Assembly (NCBI RefSeq): GCF_000372725.1 | Contig: NW_005202428.1 | Coordinates: 1,535,331-1,599,330 of the forward strand | From: Emiliania huxleyi CCMP1516 | Taxonomy: Eukaryota | Direction: 5' to 3' | Length of the DNA: 64,000 bases | Shown here: in pieces, positions 60,228 through 64,000 of the stretch | Layout: each line of letters opens with the position of its first letter | How positions within the stretch are numbered: the first letter of the stretch is position 1 | Made by a program: the position numbers and the translations under genes | Notes under the pieces: generated by a model | Databases searched by the model: none | What the model was told of the DNA's origin: nothing | Seen by the model: only the letters and a program-made list of their open reading frames with translations

Positions 60228-60862
60228 TCACTGCACGTCGGGCGCGTCCCACCCGCTTGACCGCAGCGCCGCGGCGATGAAGTTGACCCGCTTCTTGTTG
60301 ACGCCGAGGTCCGAGTCGCCCACACGCGAGGAGGAGCGGATGCACGCGAACCCGTCCTCCACCGACAGCTCCAGGTCATCCACGAACGGTTTTCCGCCGT
60401 TGAAGAAGCGCGCCATGTTGCCGAGGCCAGAGCGGAACTCGAGCCGCGCGTAGCCGGCGGAGGCGAGCTTGTCGTCGACGCGGCTCCAGCCACCCTTGTC
60501 CACGTCAGCCTGGCCCGCCTGTAGGGACGGCTCGGACGGGCTCGGGAAGGGCTCCGGGGAGAGGCGACACGGGCAGCAGAGGCCTGCGGGTACGAGTCGA
60601 GAACCTTCTCGAGCGAGTCGATGGCGGCAGCCTTGTCCATGCCCTTGGGAAACTTCCACGTCGCGAGCTTCCCAACGGGCGAGGGCGCGGCGGTGGAGAG
60701 GCAGTTGTTTGCGCCGGGCGGGCAGGGAGAGAGCGCTCTGGCCTCGCGCGTCCCGCCCAGCGCGGCGATGCCGGCAGGGACGGTCGCGAGCGCGGCGCGG
60801 CGGCCTATCGAGGGGTCGACGAGGAGGGAGCACGTGGCGAGGAGCGGCAGCGCAGCGGCCAT
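60228..60862 (-). CDS. DUF1499 family protein with a bipartite plastid/twin-arginine-type leader, one intron
   Basis: GRRAALA leader, LSPCPPGANNCLST, FVDDLEL, IRSSSRVGDSDLGVNKKRVNFIAAAL. Confidence 0.85.
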
Positions 60863-61021
60863 TGTGTACAATTGTAACTTGTGCGTCGGTCGCAGCCGAG
60901 CCTCAACCTCGAAAAAGAATCTTAGGAGGAATACTCGGCACGGGACTGGCGGTCGCGCGCTGCCGACGGCGCTCGCCGGCGCTACGGCGCTCGCGGCGCG
61001 CTCGTGGCGTTCAGGGCGGCT

Positions 61022-61042
61022 CGCACACGCACACGCACACGC

Positions 61043-61127
<85 letters not shown>
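61022..61127 (+). repeat. (CACACG)n/(CA)n microsatellite
   Basis: Directly visible long CA run. Confidence 0.95.
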
Positions 61128-61128
<1 letters not shown>

Positions 61129-61369
61129 CACAACACATGCACAGACACACAGCCCCTTCCCCTCCCCCCTCAAGGGCGAGGACACGCACAGGCCGCACCT
61201 CTAGTGAGGCCCGCATAGTGTGTGGGAGACTCGTGCCGCCGCCCCTGCCACCCCTGTGTCAGTGTGCCTGTGGTAGGAGAGACTGCCAGCGACAAGCTGG
61301 AGGCAGGTCGCTAGACTGAGATGAGACCGCCAGTGGATGTGGGAGTCCACCGCGCACCGCGCTGCGAGT

Positions 61370-62542
61370 GGGGACCCTGTCCTCGTCCCATCCCTCGTTT
61401 GGCGTGTCTGTTTTCTTTCTTTCTTTACGGGACTGGCGAGAAGAGAATGACGGGAGAGAGGAGGAAGTGACAAGGGAGAGAACGACGAGAGTGGGACGGC
61501 CGCGAGGTGGCATGAAGGTTGCAGCGAGAAGCGGCGGGAGACTGCGAAAAGAGATAGGAAGAGGCAGACTCCCTAGGGTGGGCGACGGCTAGCGCATCAC
61601 ACCCCTCTCCTTAAAATCCCTGTGTGGTGGCGGCGTGCCGTCCTCCCATCCCTCCCTTTGCTTGTCTGTTTTCTTTCTTTCTTTACGGGACTGGCGCGCA
61701 CTGGCACTAACACAGGTACACCACTGGAGCTGGTGCGCGCCAGTCCCGTGCCCAGTGTTGTGCGAAAAAGAATCAGAGCACCGTCCAACGGCGGGGGTGC
61801 TGTCGACTAAGGGACAATCTTGTCTGTCGGCAGCCAAACTTGTGATGGGACACCCTCGGAATCCAACTGCGTACTACTTGGCTAGCACGCTATTGGCATA
61901 CCGACGGCTAAGGCCGAAATCGGTTCACACCTGCTCTTGCAGGTGTGAACACAAAGGATTCGCTGTATCTACTAAGCTGCTCCGCTTACACTTACCTGTG
62001 AAGTGTGAACAGCGGATTTTGAACAGTGTTCTCCTTGAACGATATCGGTGTCGAAACACCGCTCTGAAGCGCTCACAGCTGCGCAACGAGTTTTCCGCCT
62101 TTCTTTGAGTTTTACTCCTCTCCTTAAAATCCCTGTGTGGAGTGCTGGGGGGGGGCGACAGGAAGAATGTGGCCCTGAGTTATGTGTACCACGCCAACTC
62201 AGGGTGTGTGGCAGCCAGCTGGCTGTGTGTCTTGTGAGCTTGTTTGTGTCTGTGTGTCGCTCGTGCGTGTCGTCATCATCTGTCTCGCGTCCACCCATAC
62301 CGCGTTGGTGTCCAGTCCGAGCCTGGCTGTTCTTCACCTTTCTACCTACCTACCTACCTGTGTGGTGGCGGCGTGCCGTCCTCCCATCCCTCCCTTGGGC
62401 GTGTCTCTTTTCTTTCTTTCTTTCTTTGAGTTTTATTGTCTGTGTGTCGGCGCGTGTCGTCGTCTTCTGTCCCGCGTCCACCCAGACCGCGCTGGTGTCC
62501 TGGTGTCCAGTCCGAGCCAGACTGTTCTTCACCTAACTAACC
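61370..62542 (+). repeat. Mosaic of short repeated modules ending in (TTTC)n or (CTAC/CTAA)n tails, likely clustered retroelement 3' ends
   Basis: CCCATCCCTC...TGTCT.TTTTCTTTCTTT three times (about 61385, 61645, 62382); CTCTCCTTAAAATCCCTGTGTGG twice; TGTCCAGTCCGAGCC..CTGTTCTTCACCT twice. Confidence 0.7.
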
Positions 62543-62679
62543 TTGAGAAAGAAAGATTGTTTTCAAAAATCTCTCACTCTCTCCTAACGAAACCTAACAT
62601 GACAAGCGATCCCACGACAGCGTCTGTGGGGACTAATCCGGGCACCCCCCACTGTGGCCAAGCCGTTTGCTGGCCGTTT

Positions 62680-63010
62680 AATTGGCACGCTCAGGGGAGT
62701 TGAGCAGTAGACCCCGTTGGTACGCATCTTGCGCGCCTGCTTGTTGATGTTTGTCGGCGTCGCCCGCCACCGCCGCCATAAAGATCTGCTGCGTGTCCGT
62801 GTGGTGGACGACAAAGGAGGAGGCGTTCGCCGACGCCGCCCCATACACCGTCCGTCCGGTCCGTGTTGGTGCCCACCGCTTCCTTGGCGAACACGTGGAG
62901 GAACTGCTTGGTGGGTGTGGCGCAATGCCACCCAAAGTGTCCACGAGCACCAGCCGCCTTATGGCTTTCTCGACCCACTTGCACTTCGCGTCGTAGTACT
63001 GCGCCCCCGT
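62680..63010 (-). mobile_element. Probable decayed C-terminus of a non-LTR retrotransposon ORF (restriction-like endonuclease region)
   Basis: GAQYYDAK...LVLVDTLGGIAP...RTVYG...SFVVHH.TQQIFMAAVAGDA resembles the (E/D)TxGG motif region of REL-endonuclease LINEs. Recognised from memory only. Confidence 0.4.
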
Positions 63011-63141
63011 CCACTAAAAAAGACAATTATGTGTGAGTGTTAGAGTTGCTTGGTATTGCTATTGGCATTGAAAAATCTCTCTCGAAAAAAGAAGAAAAGA
63101 CGTCGCAGACGAATGATCGCACGAACGTCGGTGGGGACTAC

Positions 63142-63896
63142 ATGAAGGGTGGAGGGGCCCGTCCGCGGAACTTGGCGGCACGGGCGCGTCAGTCGCCGAG
63201 AGCACGCCTCTGTCACGTTTCTGTGCGGACGGGACCGTCTTCCCGGCACTCACCAGCCGGACGCAGGCGAACAATGCGGCGCAACGGGGTGAGTTCTTGC
63301 TCAACGGACGGACGGCGCATGGAGCCGCCCGAGTCCACTCTGGAGATGTCCTCACGCTGAACAACCCTCGAAACAACCCGTTGCCCGCGCCACTATCGAC
63401 GCCAGAGGTGCGGCGCGTCGAGAGGTTCTTTGAAGAACTGACCGAGGCGAAGCGGGAGAGGTGGGCGCTTTGAGGTTCTTCACGAGGATGACGAGCTGGC
63501 GGTGGTCTTCAAGCCTCCCGGCGTGCACAGTACGGGATGGGCGGGCACCCGGAAGAAGTGGGGCGCGTCACTCTGTGCGACGCTCTCCCGTTGCTGCTCA
63601 CGGCGCCCTCCCAACGGGCCTCGCTAGCACCGCTCCCCGCGCCCTCGCCTGCGCACCGGCTCGACGCGAGGGTGGGCGGCGTGATTGCCGTTGCCAAGAC
63701 TCGCCGCGCTCTCGCGGGGCTGTCCACGCTGTTCCGAGAGCGCCGAGTGACCAAGGTCTACGTGGCTGGGTTCACAGCGATTGTAGGAAAGTGTCGGGAC
63801 CAAATCCCGGTCGCGGCCTTCCGACTCGCGCCTTCGCCTCACTGGCACTATTGTAGCCCTGGCCGGTGCGCGTGTGGAGTTGAAGTTCCGGAGTAA
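63142..63896 (+). pseudogene. RluA-family pseudouridine synthase with an S4-like N-terminus, frameshifted (pseudogene or sequence errors)
   Basis: SRTQANNAAQRGEFLLNG...RVHSGDVL; EVLHEDDELAVVFKPPGV; HRLD catalytic motif; GGVIAVAKT...LFRERRVTKVYVA. The frame changes near 63460 and 63560. Confidence 0.7.
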
Positions 63897-64000
63897 AAAT
63901 TCGAACGCGTTCTCTCACGGTGACCAAAAAATGTCCACCTCAGAGGCACCTCCGGAGGCAGGCCGCCGCACGCCGGCGACACAGCTCCAGCTGTCAAACT

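Overview
This is GC-rich, intron-containing eukaryotic DNA. By inference it is a haptophyte alga of the Emiliania/Gephyrocapsa huxleyi type, given frequent GC-AG introns, 9-11 bp intronic satellites and plastid-targeting-like N-termini. About 20 protein genes are recognisable: three ankyrin proteins, an S53 sedolisin/TPP1-like peptidase, GPATCH1, a two-repeat MYB, a FUT8/NodZ-like fucosyltransferase, a BPL_N domain next to an F-box/degenerate-SET region, a SAMHD1-like HD dNTPase, a double ADF-H protein, a HAD_SAK_2 protein, an AADAT/Aro8-like aminotransferase, DUF1499 and a frameshifted RluA. There are also non-autonomous PIF/Harbinger-like and piggyBac-like DNA elements and several non-LTR retroelement remnants. 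Two highlights stand out. (1) A spliced chromatin-type gene at 9391-14927 appears to join an HMG box, a bacterial McrB N-terminal/DUF3578 methylcytosine-reader-like domain, a Tudor-like domain and an AP2 domain. (2) Two convergent selenoprotein genes, MsrA (GUFW) and a SelU/PRXL2-like protein (UxxC), each have an in-frame TGA that the ORF track reads as a stop, and each has a SECIS candidate in the shared 448-bp 3' interval. Domain calls come from motif recognition by eye and exon boundaries are inferred; no searches were run.
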